This document shows, one piece after another, positions 20,172 to 30,717 of a stretch of 64,000 bases of DNA; the stretch's first letter is position 1, and each line of letters opens with the position of its first letter. Source of the DNA: a virus; the IMG/VR virus record IMGVR_UViG_3300032316_000329, positions 101,115 to 165,114 of that record; one strand, 5' to 3'. The translations under genes were made by a program, and so were the position numbers. Below the pieces are notes generated by a model, which saw only the letters and a list, made by a program, of their open reading frames with translations, had not been told where the DNA came from and did no database searches.

Positions 20172-21965
20172 ATGAATATGAAAAAATATTTCCCTTGGGT
20201 GCTGTTGATTGCCGTTACTATTGGTCTTGCAATCTTTATGATGGAAGGCCAGGGAAAGAAGGCAGTTGCGGATGTCAACTTTACAGATTTTATTGCTCAG
20301 GTTGACCGTAATAACGTTCATGACGTTATCATTAGTGGTTCACATGTTGTAGGACATTTTAGAGATAGTAATAGGGTTTTTACAACTACTATTGCAGGCA
20401 TTTCATCACTATTACCTCGGTTAGAGGAACATAATGTTAACATTGAGATTAAAGGAGAAGGTGAGGATTCTTTCTGGACCACACTCTTTCTTAATGCTTT
20501 CCCTATGTTTATTTTTATTGCTGTTTGGATTTACTTTGCTCGTAGAGGTACCGGCGGCCCTGGTGGTATCTCCGCATTTGGTAAGTCAAAGGCCAAACTA
20601 CTAACAGAGGCCACAGGCACAAAGACATTTGAAGATGTTGCTGGTGTTGATGAAGCAAAGGAAGACCTACAAGAGGTTGTAGAGTTTCTACAGGATCCCG
20701 GTAAGTTTGAACGTCTCGGTGGTCGTATTCCAAAGGGTGTTCTACTCGTTGGTCCACCTGGCACAGGTAAGACATTGCTTGCCCGTGCCGTTGCTGGTGA
20801 AGCAGGTGTTCCATTCTTCTCTATCTCTGGTTCAGACTTTGTTGAAATGTTTGTGGGTGTGGGTGCTTCCCGTGTCCGTGACATGTTTGAACAGGCCAAG
20901 AAAAACGCACCATGCATTATCTTCATTGACGAAATTGATGCCGTTGGTCGCTCCCGTGCCAATGGTATCTCAGGTAACGATGAAAGAGACCAGACACTAA
21001 ACGCCATGCTGGTTGAAATGGACGGTTTCAATGATAATGAAGGTATCATTGTTATTGCTGCTACAAACCGTGTGGATGTTCTAGATGCTGCATTAACACG
21101 TCCTGGTCGTTTTGACCGTCAGATTCAGGTTCCTAATCCTGACTTTGTTGGTCGTGAGAAAATCCTTAAAGTTCATTCTCGCAAGGTTCCAATCGGTCCT
21201 GATGTCAACCTCAAGACAGTTGCAAAGGGCACACCAGGGTTCTCTGGAGCAGACCTGGCGAACCTTGTAAACGAGGCCGCACTACTAGCAGCAAGACGTT
21301 CAAAGCGTATTGTTACTGCTAAGGAGTTTGAAGATGCCCGAGATAAAATCCTCATGGGTGCCGAGCGCCGAACTCTATTGATGACCGAAGAAGAAAAGAG
21401 TATGACTGCCTATCACGAAGCAGGTCACGCCCTTGTCTCTATGCGTATGCCTGCATCCACCCCTATTCATAAGGCAACAATCATTCCTCGTGGTCGTGCA
21501 TTAGGTATGGTTCAGTCTCTACCAGAACGTGACCGTATCTCTATGCATTATGAAGAAATGATTGCTCAACTTGCTATGGCAATGGGTGGTCGTGTAGCAG
21601 AGGAATTAATCTTTGGTAAAGACAAGGTATCTTCTGGTGCTTCTGGTGATATTCAGCAAGCAACCCAGTTGGCCCGTGCCATGGTTACCGAGTATGGGTT
21701 CTCCTCCAAGTTAGGAAGAATGGCATATACAACACCTAATGCTGATATGTTTCATACACCTAAGATTTCGGAGAAAACACAAGAAACGGTAGATAAAGAA
21801 GTCCTTAAACTTGTAGAAGAAGGATATGATACTGCTAAGAAAATCTTGACGGATGAAAAGAAACATCTTGACACAATAGCAAAAAGTCTGATAGAATATG
21901 AAACTCTATCAGGTAATGAACTCAAGGACTTGTTAGAAGGAAAGAAGCCAACAAGAGATTATTGA
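20172..21965 (+). CDS. ftsH: ATP-dependent zinc metalloprotease FtsH
   Basis: Two N-terminal TM helices, [48 protein letters not shown]. Confidence 0.97.
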   Translation: MNMKKYFPWVLLIAVTIGLAIFMMEGQGKKAVADVNFTDFIAQVDRNNVHDVIISGSHVVGHFRDSNRVFTTTIAGISSLLPRLEEHNVNIEIKGEGEDSFWTTLFLNAFPMFIFIAVWIYFARRGTGGPGGISAFGKSKAKLLTEATGTKTFEDVAGVDEAKEDLQEVVEFLQDPGKFERLGGRIPKGVLLVGPPGTGKTLLARAVAGEAGVPFFSISGSDFVEMFVGVGASRVRDMFEQAKKNAPCIIFIDEIDAVGRSRANGISGNDERDQTLNAMLVEMDGFNDNEGIIVIAATNRVDVLDAALTRPGRFDRQIQVPNPDFVGREKILKVHSRKVPIGPDVNLKTVAKGTPGFSGADLANLVNEAALLAARRSKRIVTAKEFEDARDKILMGAERRTLLMTEEEKSMTAYHEAGHALVSMRMPASTPIHKATIIPRGRALGMVQSLPERDRISMHYEEMIAQLAMAMGGRVAEELIFGKDKVSSGASGDIQQATQLARAMVTEYGFSSKLGRMAYTTPNADMFHTPKISEKTQETVDKEVLKLVEEGYDTAKKILTDEKKHLDTIAKSLIEYETLSGNELKDLLEGKKPTRDY

Positions 21966-23686
21966 TGATTACTTTTCATTATGTCAAGTGGAAAAACTTT
22001 TTATCTGCTGGTAATAATTTTACTGAGATAGAACTAGACACACACAAGAATACCCTTATTATGGGACACAATGGGTCGGGGAAGTCAACCTTCCTCGACG
22101 CATTAACTTTTGCTCTATTCGGCAAACCTTTTCGTAAGGTAAACAAGGGTAATGTCGTTAACTCTATCAACCAAAAGAACTGCGAGGTTCAGATTGAGTT
22201 TACTATTTCCAATAAGAGATACAAAGTTATTCGTGGTGTAAAACCGAACATCTTTGAAATCTTTTGTGAAAGTGTTATGGTGAATCAAGATGCGGCCGCC
22301 AAGGACTACCAGGATTACCTTGAGAAGCACATTCTCAAGATGAACTTTAAATCATTCACACAGATTGTTATTCTAGGATCGGCCTCGTTTACTCCGTTTA
22401 TGCAACTATCTCCCAATGACCGTAGAACTATCATCGAGGATCTTTTAGATATCCAAATCTTCTCGGCTATGTCTACTGTTGTTAAGAACCGATTACAATT
22501 GAACCGTGAAGGCCTAGAGAAGAATAGAATTACACTTACCAGCAAAGAAGAAAATAAAACTTACATTGAAACTACCTTAGCATCATTAAGAGTAAATAAT
22601 GAAGATAAACTTTCTCAATTGAGAGAAAAAGAACAGGAACTAAAAGATAGTTTAGTTTCCGAAAAATCAACAATTTCCCAGTTAGAGAATCAAAGAGATA
22701 AAATTTTAGAGAATGGTATTGACCTTACACCATTAAAGTCTAAGCATTCCAAACTAATTGGTTTCAAGGCCAAAATGGAAGGTAATATTGAGCGTATTCA
22801 AAAAGATAACTCGTTTTTTGAGACGAATGATACTTGTCCCACTTGCCGTCAGAGCATTGAAGAATCATTCAAAAAAGAAACAATCAATTCTAACGAAAAG
22901 AAGATTACAGAAATTGATGATGGACTAAATAAGGTTTCCGAACAGATAGACTCAGTTCTAGCCGAGATAGAGAAAATAGATGCTGTCCTCCGAGAGATCA
23001 ACCAAATTAAAATGGATCTTTCATCTGCTAATTCTACCTATAACAATATCTCTAATAATCTTAAACAAATTGTGGGTCAGATTGAGACCTTCGCAGGATC
23101 AGACAAGACAACACAAGATAGCGAACGACAACTTGAAACCGTCCAATATGATATTTCCACCCTCGAAGAAGAAAAGAAGGCCCTTCTAGATGAAAGACAA
23201 TATGTGGATTTGGCAACAACTCTTCTTAAAGACGGTGGCATTAAGACCAAGATTATTAAACAATATCTACCTATCATCAATAAGCATATCAACAAATACC
23301 TGGCCAAACTGGGTTTCTTTGTTAACTTTAACATCAATGAATCCTTTGAAGAATCTATCAAGTCTAGATACAGAGACGAGTTCTCCTATCACAATTTCTC
23401 CGAAGGTGAGAAGTTGCGAATTGATTTGGCCATTCTACTGACATGGAGACAAATTGCCAAACTAAAGAACTCCGTAAATGTTAACATTATTGTGTTTGAT
23501 GAAATCCTTGACCGTGCTATGGACAATACTGGCATTGACGAGTTTATGAAGATTATGTGGGATGACCTGGGTAAAGATTCCAATGTCTTTGTCATTTCTC
23601 ATAAGGAAACTATGACCGAAAGATTCCAAAGGACTCTTCGTTTTGAAAAGGTGAAAAACTTTAGTAGCTTGACAAAAGAGACCTGA
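21962..23686 (+). CDS. gp46: Recombination ATPase subunit (Rad50/SbcC-like)
   Basis: [13 protein letters not shown] zinc hook, FSEGEK signature, VFDE, ISH. Confidence 0.96.
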   Translation: MMITFHYVKWKNFLSAGNNFTEIELDTHKNTLIMGHNGSGKSTFLDALTFALFGKPFRKVNKGNVVNSINQKNCEVQIEFTISNKRYKVIRGVKPNIFEIFCESVMVNQDAAAKDYQDYLEKHILKMNFKSFTQIVILGSASFTPFMQLSPNDRRTIIEDLLDIQIFSAMSTVVKNRLQLNREGLEKNRITLTSKEENKTYIETTLASLRVNNEDKLSQLREKEQELKDSLVSEKSTISQLENQRDKILENGIDLTPLKSKHSKLIGFKAKMEGNIERIQKDNSFFETNDTCPTCRQSIEESFKKETINSNEKKITEIDDGLNKVSEQIDSVLAEIEKIDAVLREINQIKMDLSSANSTYNNISNNLKQIVGQIETFAGSDKTTQDSERQLETVQYDISTLEEEKKALLDERQYVDLATTLLKDGGIKTKIIKQYLPIINKHINKYLAKLGFFVNFNINESFEESIKSRYRDEFSYHNFSEGEKLRIDLAILLTWRQIAKLKNSVNVNIIVFDEILDRAMDNTGIDEFMKIMWDDLGKDSNVFVISHKETMTERFQRTLRFEKVKNFSSLTKET

Positions 23687-23720
23687 TAGTCTATGATATA
23701 GACCGTCGAAAGGAAAATCT

Positions 23721-24020
23721 ATGTTCAATAAGGAAATGATCCGAACATTGGCTGAATCCGAACGAATGATGGACCGAGGCGAAACTCCATTTGTTTGGAT
23801 GATGTCTAATGGCGGACAATATGAACGAATGGCCGTTGCTCCTCAAATTATGGAAGAATTAGGATTAGAACAAGGTCAAACAATTAACACTATCATACAG
23901 GATGCCATAGCACAACTATCTTTACAATTACTTGCTGAAAGATTGGATAAACTTGTTGAACAGGCACAAGATAGTTTACTAGATGAAAACTTTGACTTTC
24001 GTAAGGAGATGGATAAGTGA
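23721..24020 (+). CDS. Hypothetical protein
   Basis: RBS AAGGA; upstream TTGACA...TATGAT promoter at 23669. Confidence 0.6.
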   Translation: MFNKEMIRTLAESERMMDRGETPFVWMMSNGGQYERMAVAPQIMEELGLEQGQTINTIIQDAIAQLSLQLLAERLDKLVEQAQDSLLDENFDFRKEMDK

Positions 24021-24107
24021 TTACTATTGTATATAATACACAGTATGGTTATCAGACATATAATCTAGATAATCTTTGGACTGGCCTTTTGCAAATGGGT
24101 GATGTGA

Positions 24108-24347
24108 ATGTTAACCTCGAAACAAATTGAATTTTTCTTTGAGTGGGTTTCTACCTTCATTCTGTTGGCAGGTGCTGCTCTAACATCTTTAAACATCTAT
24201 CCTATGAATGTCTTCCTTTCATTGGCAGGCAATCTAGGGTGGTTAGTAGTTTCTCTAATGTGGCGTAAGCCCTCACTAATAGTAATCCAGTTAGTGATAT
24301 CCTTTATCTATGTTGCTGGTCTAATCGATAAAGGAGTTATTCTATGA
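24108..24347 (+). CDS. Small 3-TM membrane protein
   Basis: Hydrophobic; W..T...L.GA.LTS.NIYP.N pattern. Confidence 0.6.
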   Translation: MLTSKQIEFFFEWVSTFILLAGAALTSLNIYPMNVFLSLAGNLGWLVVSLMWRKPSLIVIQLVISFIYVAGLIDKGVIL

Positions 24348-24437
24348 GATATAATCACTGGTTCTGGAATAGTAGATTTATGAATTGCGTGGCCCGTTTA
24401 TTCGTCAATGCTAACAACTATATCTGGAGTAAGCAGT

Positions 24438-24614
24438 ATGGCAAAAACTGATCCATATAAAACACATAGTTATTCCCAAGATTACATATTGATGACTGCC
24501 TTTCAAACAGAAATTAATAGCTTGACAGTCCGCAAAAATAATGATAATATAACACCTATAGTTGAAGAATACCTTAGAGACCGTGTAAAAGAGATTAAAG
24601 AACGATGGAAGTAA
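24438..24614 (+). CDS. Hypothetical protein
   Basis: MAKTDPY... part of ORF 24408..24614. Confidence 0.5.
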   Translation: MAKTDPYKTHSYSQDYILMTAFQTEINSLTVRKNNDNITPIVEEYLRDRVKEIKERWK

Positions 24615-24784
24615 ATGTCGGCGACTTCTACTACCATAAACATATGTATCAAAAGTTCCAAGTTATGGCGATTGATAGTAATTATGTATGGTTGAAAAGT
24701 GAAGAATATTACCTCACTACAACTATAGGCGAATTGGAGAAAGAAAAGGCACCACTGCCTTTACCTGATAATGGAGTTAAGTGA
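24605..24784 (+). CDS. Small hypothetical protein (59 aa, below ORF-track cutoff)
   Basis: Hand translation MEVNVGDFYYHKHMYQKFQVMAIDSNYVWLK...; fills the gap before the next gene. Confidence 0.5.
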   Translation: MEVNVGDFYYHKHMYQKFQVMAIDSNYVWLKSEEYYLTTTIGELEKEKAPLPLPDNGVK

Positions 24785-26044
24785 TTGGCAAAAAGTGAAG
24801 ATGAACTAAAAGATGTTGAACGCCAGTGGGATCAGTTTCAAGAAACATTTGTAGCACCAGAGGCCCTTAATGATGACCAACTAAAAAAGGCCGTCGTTGA
24901 GGACCTTACAAATGTTTCCGCAATGACTGTAGAGGAATATACTCTCTATCAAAAGTGGCTTGAAATTCATATCAAGTATCCTACACATGAAGCTCTATTC
25001 GGTACCTGTTTACAAGATGGTGAACAGGAACTTGCAATCAATAAGATTAAAGATAACATCTGGATTCCTAATGATCCAATGGACTATGCGAAACTGAAAC
25101 CAGTCCTTGTATATACTCCTGAGTTTGATATGCAAGACACTTGGAACACTATTCGTAACTTTACCTCAACTATGAAGAACAACTCCAACATCGGCCGTAA
25201 TTTATCTTATATTGTGCAGGATGATGTTACAGGTAAATATCTTGGTGTTATTTGCATTTCATCGGACTTTCTTGATCTTACACCAAGAGATAACCATATT
25301 GGTTGGTCCCGTGAGGTAAAGACTAATCAAGGTATGATTAATCACACGGCCATTGGTTCTACTATTGTGCCTTTACAACCTCTTGGTTATAATTATACAG
25401 GCGGTAAACTTTTAGCATTACTTTGTCTTTGTGATAAGGTACAACAAGATTGGAAAAAACAATATGGTGATACACTCATTGGCGTTACTACTACATCATT
25501 ATATGGTAAGTCTAAAACTAACCAGTTATCGCAGTATGATCGCCTACAACATTGGAAGAAAATGGGCTTCACATCAGGCTCTGTCTCTTATGAAGCAAGA
25601 AAACCTACTGTAAAATTAATGCTTGATTGGTTGAAGAAGAACCATACAAGGAAATACTTTGAGTGGTATGTTGCAAAGAACCTTGACGGTATGCCTTACA
25701 AAAGAGACCACAAGAACCGATCCTATACATTTATGTATTCTCAGTTAAATGTTCCTAAAGAGTTGATTAGATCCGAGCACGCCCGTGGTATCTATTTCAG
25801 TCCTTTATACACAAACACAAATGAATTCCTACGTAAGGAAATTACCGAAGATAAACTTGCCAAAGCATTTGATTCCAGTTATGATGCACTGGTTGGTCTA
25901 TGGAAAGACAAGTATGCAGCAAAACGGATCAAGTCCTTAGTTGAACAAGACCGTGTTTCTAAGGAAACTCTTTTCTATGATGACCTAATCTATATGGATT
26001 GGCAACAAACTAAAGACAAATATCTGGGCCAGGTTGGGAGATAA
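24785..26044 (+). CDS. DUF4338 / Druantia DruA-like protein
   Basis: GRNL.YIV.D..TGKYLGVI, RDNHIGW, PLGYNYTGGKLLALL, TTTSLYG..SQYDRL, W..MGFTSG. Confidence 0.75.
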   Translation: MAKSEDELKDVERQWDQFQETFVAPEALNDDQLKKAVVEDLTNVSAMTVEEYTLYQKWLEIHIKYPTHEALFGTCLQDGEQELAINKIKDNIWIPNDPMDYAKLKPVLVYTPEFDMQDTWNTIRNFTSTMKNNSNIGRNLSYIVQDDVTGKYLGVICISSDFLDLTPRDNHIGWSREVKTNQGMINHTAIGSTIVPLQPLGYNYTGGKLLALLCLCDKVQQDWKKQYGDTLIGVTTTSLYGKSKTNQLSQYDRLQHWKKMGFTSGSVSYEARKPTVKLMLDWLKKNHTRKYFEWYVAKNLDGMPYKRDHKNRSYTFMYSQLNVPKELIRSEHARGIYFSPLYTNTNEFLRKEITEDKLAKAFDSSYDALVGLWKDKYAAKRIKSLVEQDRVSKETLFYDDLIYMDWQQTKDKYLGQVGR

Positions 26045-26045
26045 A

Positions 26046-26564
26046 ATGGCACACTATGATCTTTTTGACGGTAGTATAAAACTAAGTGAATTTGATCTTG
26101 CTAAAGAGGTTTATATTTCTTTGGAAAGAAAAGAACTCATAAGAGTTACGGGTGAAAAAACAGAGAAAGGAGTTTCTCTAAGTGTGGGTTTAGATGAAAT
26201 TCCTCAAGTTGCAGGAAATTATCTGATATATTATAAGGATAGTTTCAATCAATATATTTGTGTATATGCTGGAGAATCAAATTCAGAAGAAGGAGGCCTG
26301 CGTTACAGAATATATAGATTTGTAAAAGAATTGGCCGACATGTCGAGAGATGATGAAGGACATAGTGCCGCAAAGAAAATAAGACAATTAGGATTACTTA
26401 GACATGATGATGATATCTATGTAAGATATATAACAAAGTTGGAAATGTATTACATCGTTGCAAGTACCTTATGTAATCATTTGCATTTGGTGTTGAGAAA
26501 TATTGATGAGTGCATTGCCCATTTAGCCGGTGCAATCTTTAATAAGAGAGTGAAAAAGGCATGA
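26046..26564 (+). CDS. Possible GIY-YIG-type nuclease
   Basis: GNYLIY...VYAGES...LRYRI resembles GIY-(x)n-YIG plus a conserved Arg. Confidence 0.45.
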   Translation: MAHYDLFDGSIKLSEFDLAKEVYISLERKELIRVTGEKTEKGVSLSVGLDEIPQVAGNYLIYYKDSFNQYICVYAGESNSEEGGLRYRIYRFVKELADMSRDDEGHSAAKKIRQLGLLRHDDDIYVRYITKLEMYYIVASTLCNHLHLVLRNIDECIAHLAGAIFNKRVKKA

Positions 26565-26718
26565 AATATACACCAACATACTTTAACTTTGATGGATTAG
26601 AATTTAAACAGGAAATATTGGAAATATTCCTTACCGTAGCGGTTGTTTACATTCTAATATTCACTACCGCCTGGGTTTACAATCGACTAGACCGCTAACC
26701 TACTGATTCCATTTGGAC

Positions 26719-26747
26719 TTGACAAACCAGTTTCGATTTGCTATAAT
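26719..26747 (+). promoter_or_regulatory. Sigma70-type early promoter
   Basis: TTGACA-17-TATAAT with extended TG. Confidence 0.85.
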
Positions 26748-26771
26748 ACTGAAAATCGAGAAAGGTTATCA

Positions 26772-28988
26772 ATGAAAACGGAATCACAGTCTCTACTAGC
26801 TAAACTGCTGGCTACGGAAAATATTACGGTTCAACAAACACCCGGTATTAAAACGGCAATGTTTGACCTCAAGAACCGTGTCCTTATGATGCCTATTTGG
26901 GCAAATGTTTCTAAAGACCTTGAGGACCTTCTCCTTGGCCATGAGACTGGCCATGCTTTGGATACTCCTGTCGGTGAGTATAAAGAAGCAATTGAAACTA
27001 TTACAAAAAATGTTTTCGGTGATGAAAAACTATCAAAGCGGTTACAATCAACCGTCGGCGGTTTCCTTAATGTTATTGAGGACGCCCGTATAGATAAACG
27101 CCAAAAACGCCGTTACCCTGGCCTCCGTAAAAACTATCTAATCGGTTATAAAGAGTTAATGGACCGTGACTTCTTTGGCACGGCTAAACGGGATGTTAAT
27201 TCCATGACCTTTATTGACCGTGTTAACCTTTATTTCAAGGGCGGTTCTATTCACCTTAACCTTGAGTTCTCTCCCGCAGAAAAGGTTTTCCTGCGTCGTA
27301 TTGAAAGCCTAGAAACATTCCCTGAAACCGTTACACTAACGGAAGAAATCTATCGCTTCTGTAAGGAAGAGTTAGAAAAACAGCAGACAATGGAAAACGA
27401 CCTTTATGAAGGCGAAGAAGAAGAGTATTATGATGAATATGATTCCGATAATGATGGTGACGGTGATGTTACTGATGAAATGGAAGATGGAAACGATGAA
27501 GGCCAAGACGGTCAAGGTGAAGGTGATGAAGAGGACAGCAAGTCCGATGGTGAACAAGGACAAGGTAATTTAAAATCCGAAGGTGATAACTCTGCGGCTG
27601 CTGGCCTAGAAGGTTCTCCTTCCCATGATGATGAGATAGCACCAGAGTCCAAGACTGATGCCGCCTGGCAGGAAAAAATCCAATCCCTTGTTAAGGATGA
27701 AAACAACACCTATGTTTATGTTAATATGCCTAAAATCAATTGGGACAAGGCAGTAAACGACTATAAGGTTGTCCTTGAGGACTGGAAAAACTCTATTGAT
27801 AAACCTAACTGGAATGGTGTAACAAAAGACCAATTAGAAATAGCCCGCAAACAGTTTACACAATGGCGTATGAAGGAAAAAGATAGTATCTCCTTTATGG
27901 TCAAAGAGTTTGAACAGCGCAAGGCTGCGGAAATGTATAGTCGCACCCAAGTTGCCAAGACTGGTGTGATTGATACTAACAAACTCCATACCTACAAGTT
28001 TAATGATGATATCTTCCGCCGTATTACCACCATACCTCAAGGTAAGAACCACGGTTTCATTATGTTTCTTGATTGGTCTGGTTCAATGAATTATGGATTA
28101 AAAGACACGGTTAAACAATTGTTGTCGCTGTGCCTTTTCTGTAAGCAAATCCAAGTTCCTTTCGAGGTCTATGCTTTCAAAGATTCTGGTACTGATAATC
28201 CTTTTACTGCTATCGGTCAAAATAATGTGTTGAGATTCGGTAATGTTGTTCTTCGGAACTTTATCTCCTCCCGAATGAAAACCGAAGAGTTCAACTTCGC
28301 CGCATCCGTATTGTGGTCAATAGGTATGGGTGGTAATATTTCATCTGATGGTATGGGTGGTACACCTCTTAATGAGGCAATCATTATTGCTCCTCATATG
28401 GTTAAAGAGTTCCAACGCAAGAATAAACTTGAAATTGTCAATACCATCTTCCTGACCGACGGTGAAGGTAATGGTATCGGTTCAGTTTTAGAAAATGATG
28501 TGAACCCTGCCGGTCGTAAATCTTATAAAGACAAACACTTTTATAATGACCCCGAAACTGGTAAAACATATGAGTTGGATTTCTATAATTGGGGTCAAAG
28601 TATTACTCCTACTCTATTGAAAATCCTTAAAGATAAGACGCAATCTAATCTTGTAGGTTTCTTCCTGTTTAACTCTGGGTTCCGTTATCTTTCCAGTCGC
28701 TTAGGTCTCCGTAACGGGAGTGCCGAATATATGTCAAAGGTTAAAAAGTTCTGGAATGATAATAAGTTCTTTGCTGTTACATCCGAAGGTTATGATGAAT
28801 ATTATTACATTAACTGTGATGCCATGAAAGATGATAAGGTTGAACTGGAAATCACCGAAAAAACTAAAACGAATAAACAGTTGGCGAAGGCCTTCTCCAA
28901 GTTTGCTTCCAAAAAGGTCGTTAACCGTGTCCTTTTGAGGCAGTTTATTGAGAAAGTTGCTGGTATGTCAACAAGAAAAGTTGCTTAA
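26772..28988 (+). CDS. vWA-domain / HExxH protein (CobT-like partner of the AAA ATPase)
   Basis: LAKLLATENI, HETGHAL, NVIEDARI, acidic linker, LDWSGSM MIDAS, GGTPL, FLTDGEG. Confidence 0.85.
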   Translation: MKTESQSLLAKLLATENITVQQTPGIKTAMFDLKNRVLMMPIWANVSKDLEDLLLGHETGHALDTPVGEYKEAIETITKNVFGDEKLSKRLQSTVGGFLNVIEDARIDKRQKRRYPGLRKNYLIGYKELMDRDFFGTAKRDVNSMTFIDRVNLYFKGGSIHLNLEFSPAEKVFLRRIESLETFPETVTLTEEIYRFCKEELEKQQTMENDLYEGEEEEYYDEYDSDNDGDGDVTDEMEDGNDEGQDGQGEGDEEDSKSDGEQGQGNLKSEGDNSAAAGLEGSPSHDDEIAPESKTDAAWQEKIQSLVKDENNTYVYVNMPKINWDKAVNDYKVVLEDWKNSIDKPNWNGVTKDQLEIARKQFTQWRMKEKDSISFMVKEFEQRKAAEMYSRTQVAKTGVIDTNKLHTYKFNDDIFRRITTIPQGKNHGFIMFLDWSGSMNYGLKDTVKQLLSLCLFCKQIQVPFEVYAFKDSGTDNPFTAIGQNNVLRFGNVVLRNFISSRMKTEEFNFAASVLWSIGMGGNISSDGMGGTPLNEAIIIAPHMVKEFQRKNKLEIVNTIFLTDGEGNGIGSVLENDVNPAGRKSYKDKHFYNDPETGKTYELDFYNWGQSITPTLLKILKDKTQSNLVGFFLFNSGFRYLSSRLGLRNGSAEYMSKVKKFWNDNKFFAVTSEGYDEYYYINCDAMKDDKVELEITEKTKTNKQLAKAFSKFASKKVVNRVLLRQFIEKVAGMSTRKVA

Positions 28989-29009
28989 ATCAGTAGGTTA
29001 GGAGGGTGG

Positions 29010-29038
29010 TTGACACCCTCCATTCCTTGTGCTATAAT
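29010..29038 (+). promoter_or_regulatory. Sigma70-type early promoter
   Basis: TTGACA-17-TATAAT. Confidence 0.85.
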
Positions 29039-29074
29039 CCATATATAATGAGAAATCAGAAAGGAAAGATTGTA

Positions 29075-30286
29075 ATGGCTAAGAAGATTGACCGCGCCGA
29101 GTTCCTCGACAAAATCCGTTTTGAGTTCGGTGCTATTCGTTCAATCACCCGTCCGCAGGTTCTTGAAATCTGTGACAAGTATGGTCTTGATAAACCTAAC
29201 TGGATACTTAATGATGTATCCCGCAAACTTGGCCGTGGTATCTATGCTCTTCCTGAACATGGTGCCGACCTTCCAAAAGTTGAACCTAAAATTATTAATG
29301 TGGCAAAATCTGCTACTGTTGCGACTAAAGCACCTGTTATCCCTGCTACTGCCGTTGCTATGGTTCAATCATCGGTTTCCTCTCACTCGCAAGTCTCTTT
29401 AGTTCCTGAAAAGGCCATTGGTTATGTTCCGTTCGGTCATTTTGCCGATGTCCGTTCTATTATCAAATCCAAAAAGTTCTATCCAACATATATCACCGGC
29501 CTTTCTGGTAATGGTAAGACTATGATGGTAGAACAAATCTGTGCCTCCGAAAAACGAGAAATGGTCCGTGTTAATATTACAATTGAAACTGATGAAGATG
29601 ACCTTATCGGTGGTTTCCGCCTTGTTAATGGTGAAACAGTCTGGCAGGATGGCCCTGTTATTACTGCTATGTCTCGTGGTGCCGTATTACTATTGGACGA
29701 GGTTGACCTTGGTTCAAATAAACTTATGTGCCTCCAACCAGTCCTCGAAGGCAAGTCAGTCTTCCTAAAGAAGGTTGGTAAAGTTGTTCAACCTGAAAAA
29801 GGTTTCACCGTTATCGCCACTGCCAATACTAAAGGCAAAGGTTCGGATGATGGCCGTTTTATCGGTACCAATGTTATGAATGAGGCGTTCCTTGAGCGTT
29901 TCAGTATTACAATGGAACAGGAATATCCTGCTGCTAAGGTTGAAACTAAAATCCTTAACAATGTATTACAGGCATCAGGTATCAATGCTTCCGAGTTTGT
30001 TGATAAACTTGTAAAGTGGGCGGATGTTATTCGCCAGTCCTTCTTTGAAGGTGCTTTATCCGAGATTATCTCAACCCGTCGCCTTGTCCATATCTGTGAG
30101 GCATATGCTATCTTTAATCAGAACAAAGTAAAGGCAATTGAATTGTGCCTTAACCGTTTTGATGTTGATACTAAAACTGCCTTCCTTGAACTATACAAGA
30201 AAGTTGATGAAGATGCTATTGAAACTCCTGTGGCGGAATCGGCGAGTGCCGAAGATGCTTCAAAGGGTATGGAATCTGCTTTCTAA
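29075..30286 (+). CDS. MoxR/CobS-like AAA+ ATPase
   Basis: GLSGNGKT, ETDEDDLIGG, LLLDEVD, ATANTKGKG, NEAFLERF, ISTRRL. Start ATG 29075. Confidence 0.9.
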   Translation: MAKKIDRAEFLDKIRFEFGAIRSITRPQVLEICDKYGLDKPNWILNDVSRKLGRGIYALPEHGADLPKVEPKIINVAKSATVATKAPVIPATAVAMVQSSVSSHSQVSLVPEKAIGYVPFGHFADVRSIIKSKKFYPTYITGLSGNGKTMMVEQICASEKREMVRVNITIETDEDDLIGGFRLVNGETVWQDGPVITAMSRGAVLLLDEVDLGSNKLMCLQPVLEGKSVFLKKVGKVVQPEKGFTVIATANTKGKGSDDGRFIGTNVMNEAFLERFSITMEQEYPAAKVETKILNNVLQASGINASEFVDKLVKWADVIRQSFFEGALSEIISTRRLVHICEAYAIFNQNKVKAIELCLNRFDVDTKTAFLELYKKVDEDAIETPVAESASAEDASKGMESAF

Positions 30287-30295
30287 AAATAAAGC

Positions 30296-30324
30296 TTGAC
30301 AGCATACCAATTCCCTGATATAAT
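30296..30324 (+). promoter_or_regulatory. Sigma70-type promoter upstream of the tRNA-like gene
   Basis: TTGACA-17-TATAAT. Confidence 0.8.
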
Positions 30325-30358
30325 AACATCTATCGTCGGTTATATCTATAGGGAATAT

Positions 30359-30433
30359 GCGGAGGTGGTCTAAAGGTATGACCCGAGGTTCCATCCTCGG
30401 AATGTGTGGTTCGACTCCATACTCTCCGCTCCA
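30359..30433 (+). tRNA. Atypical tRNA-Gly-like gene (TCC in a 6- or 8-nt loop)
   Basis: GCGGAGG/TCTCCGC acceptor, U73, CCA end, GGTTCGACTCC T-arm. Anticodon arm CCGAGG-TTCCAT-CCTCGG is non-canonical. Confidence 0.7.
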
Positions 30434-30473
30434 ACGACGATAATTTTAAACTATGAAAAAGGAAGTATATACT

Positions 30474-30695
30474 ATGGCTACACCACGTAAGACCCAGATT
30501 GAAAAGATTGAGAACGTTCTACTCCGTCACAATACTGGCCCAGGTATCACGGCATCTTCAATTGCCCGCATGGCTCGTGTTCCTTATGAGACTGTTTCAA
30601 AGCGTGTTTATGACCTTCGTGAGTTTTATAACATCTACACCAACTACCGTAAGGTTGATGGTAAGCGCACGGCATTTTATCGTCTTGCCGACTAA
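30474..30695 (+). CDS. Small winged-HTH DNA-binding protein
   Basis: GITASSIARMARVPYETVSKRVYDLR HTH-like, then a beta-wing. Confidence 0.65.
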   Translation: MATPRKTQIEKIENVLLRHNTGPGITASSIARMARVPYETVSKRVYDLREFYNIYTNYRKVDGKRTAFYRLAD

Positions 30696-30717
30696 TCTTA
30701 TTCTAGATTAGCAATAG

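Noticed and set aside
26695-29001. 14-bp inverted repeats as transposon or invertible-element ends
   Set aside because: No transposase or recombinase nearby. The enclosed vWA gene is a normal partner of the adjacent AAA gene, and both motifs sit at the same offset from promoters.
26772-30286. CobT/CobS-like pair as cobalamin-biosynthesis auxiliary genes
   Set aside because: This vWA + MoxR-type AAA pair is common in T4-like phages, and no cobN or other cob genes are present. A chaperone role is more plausible.
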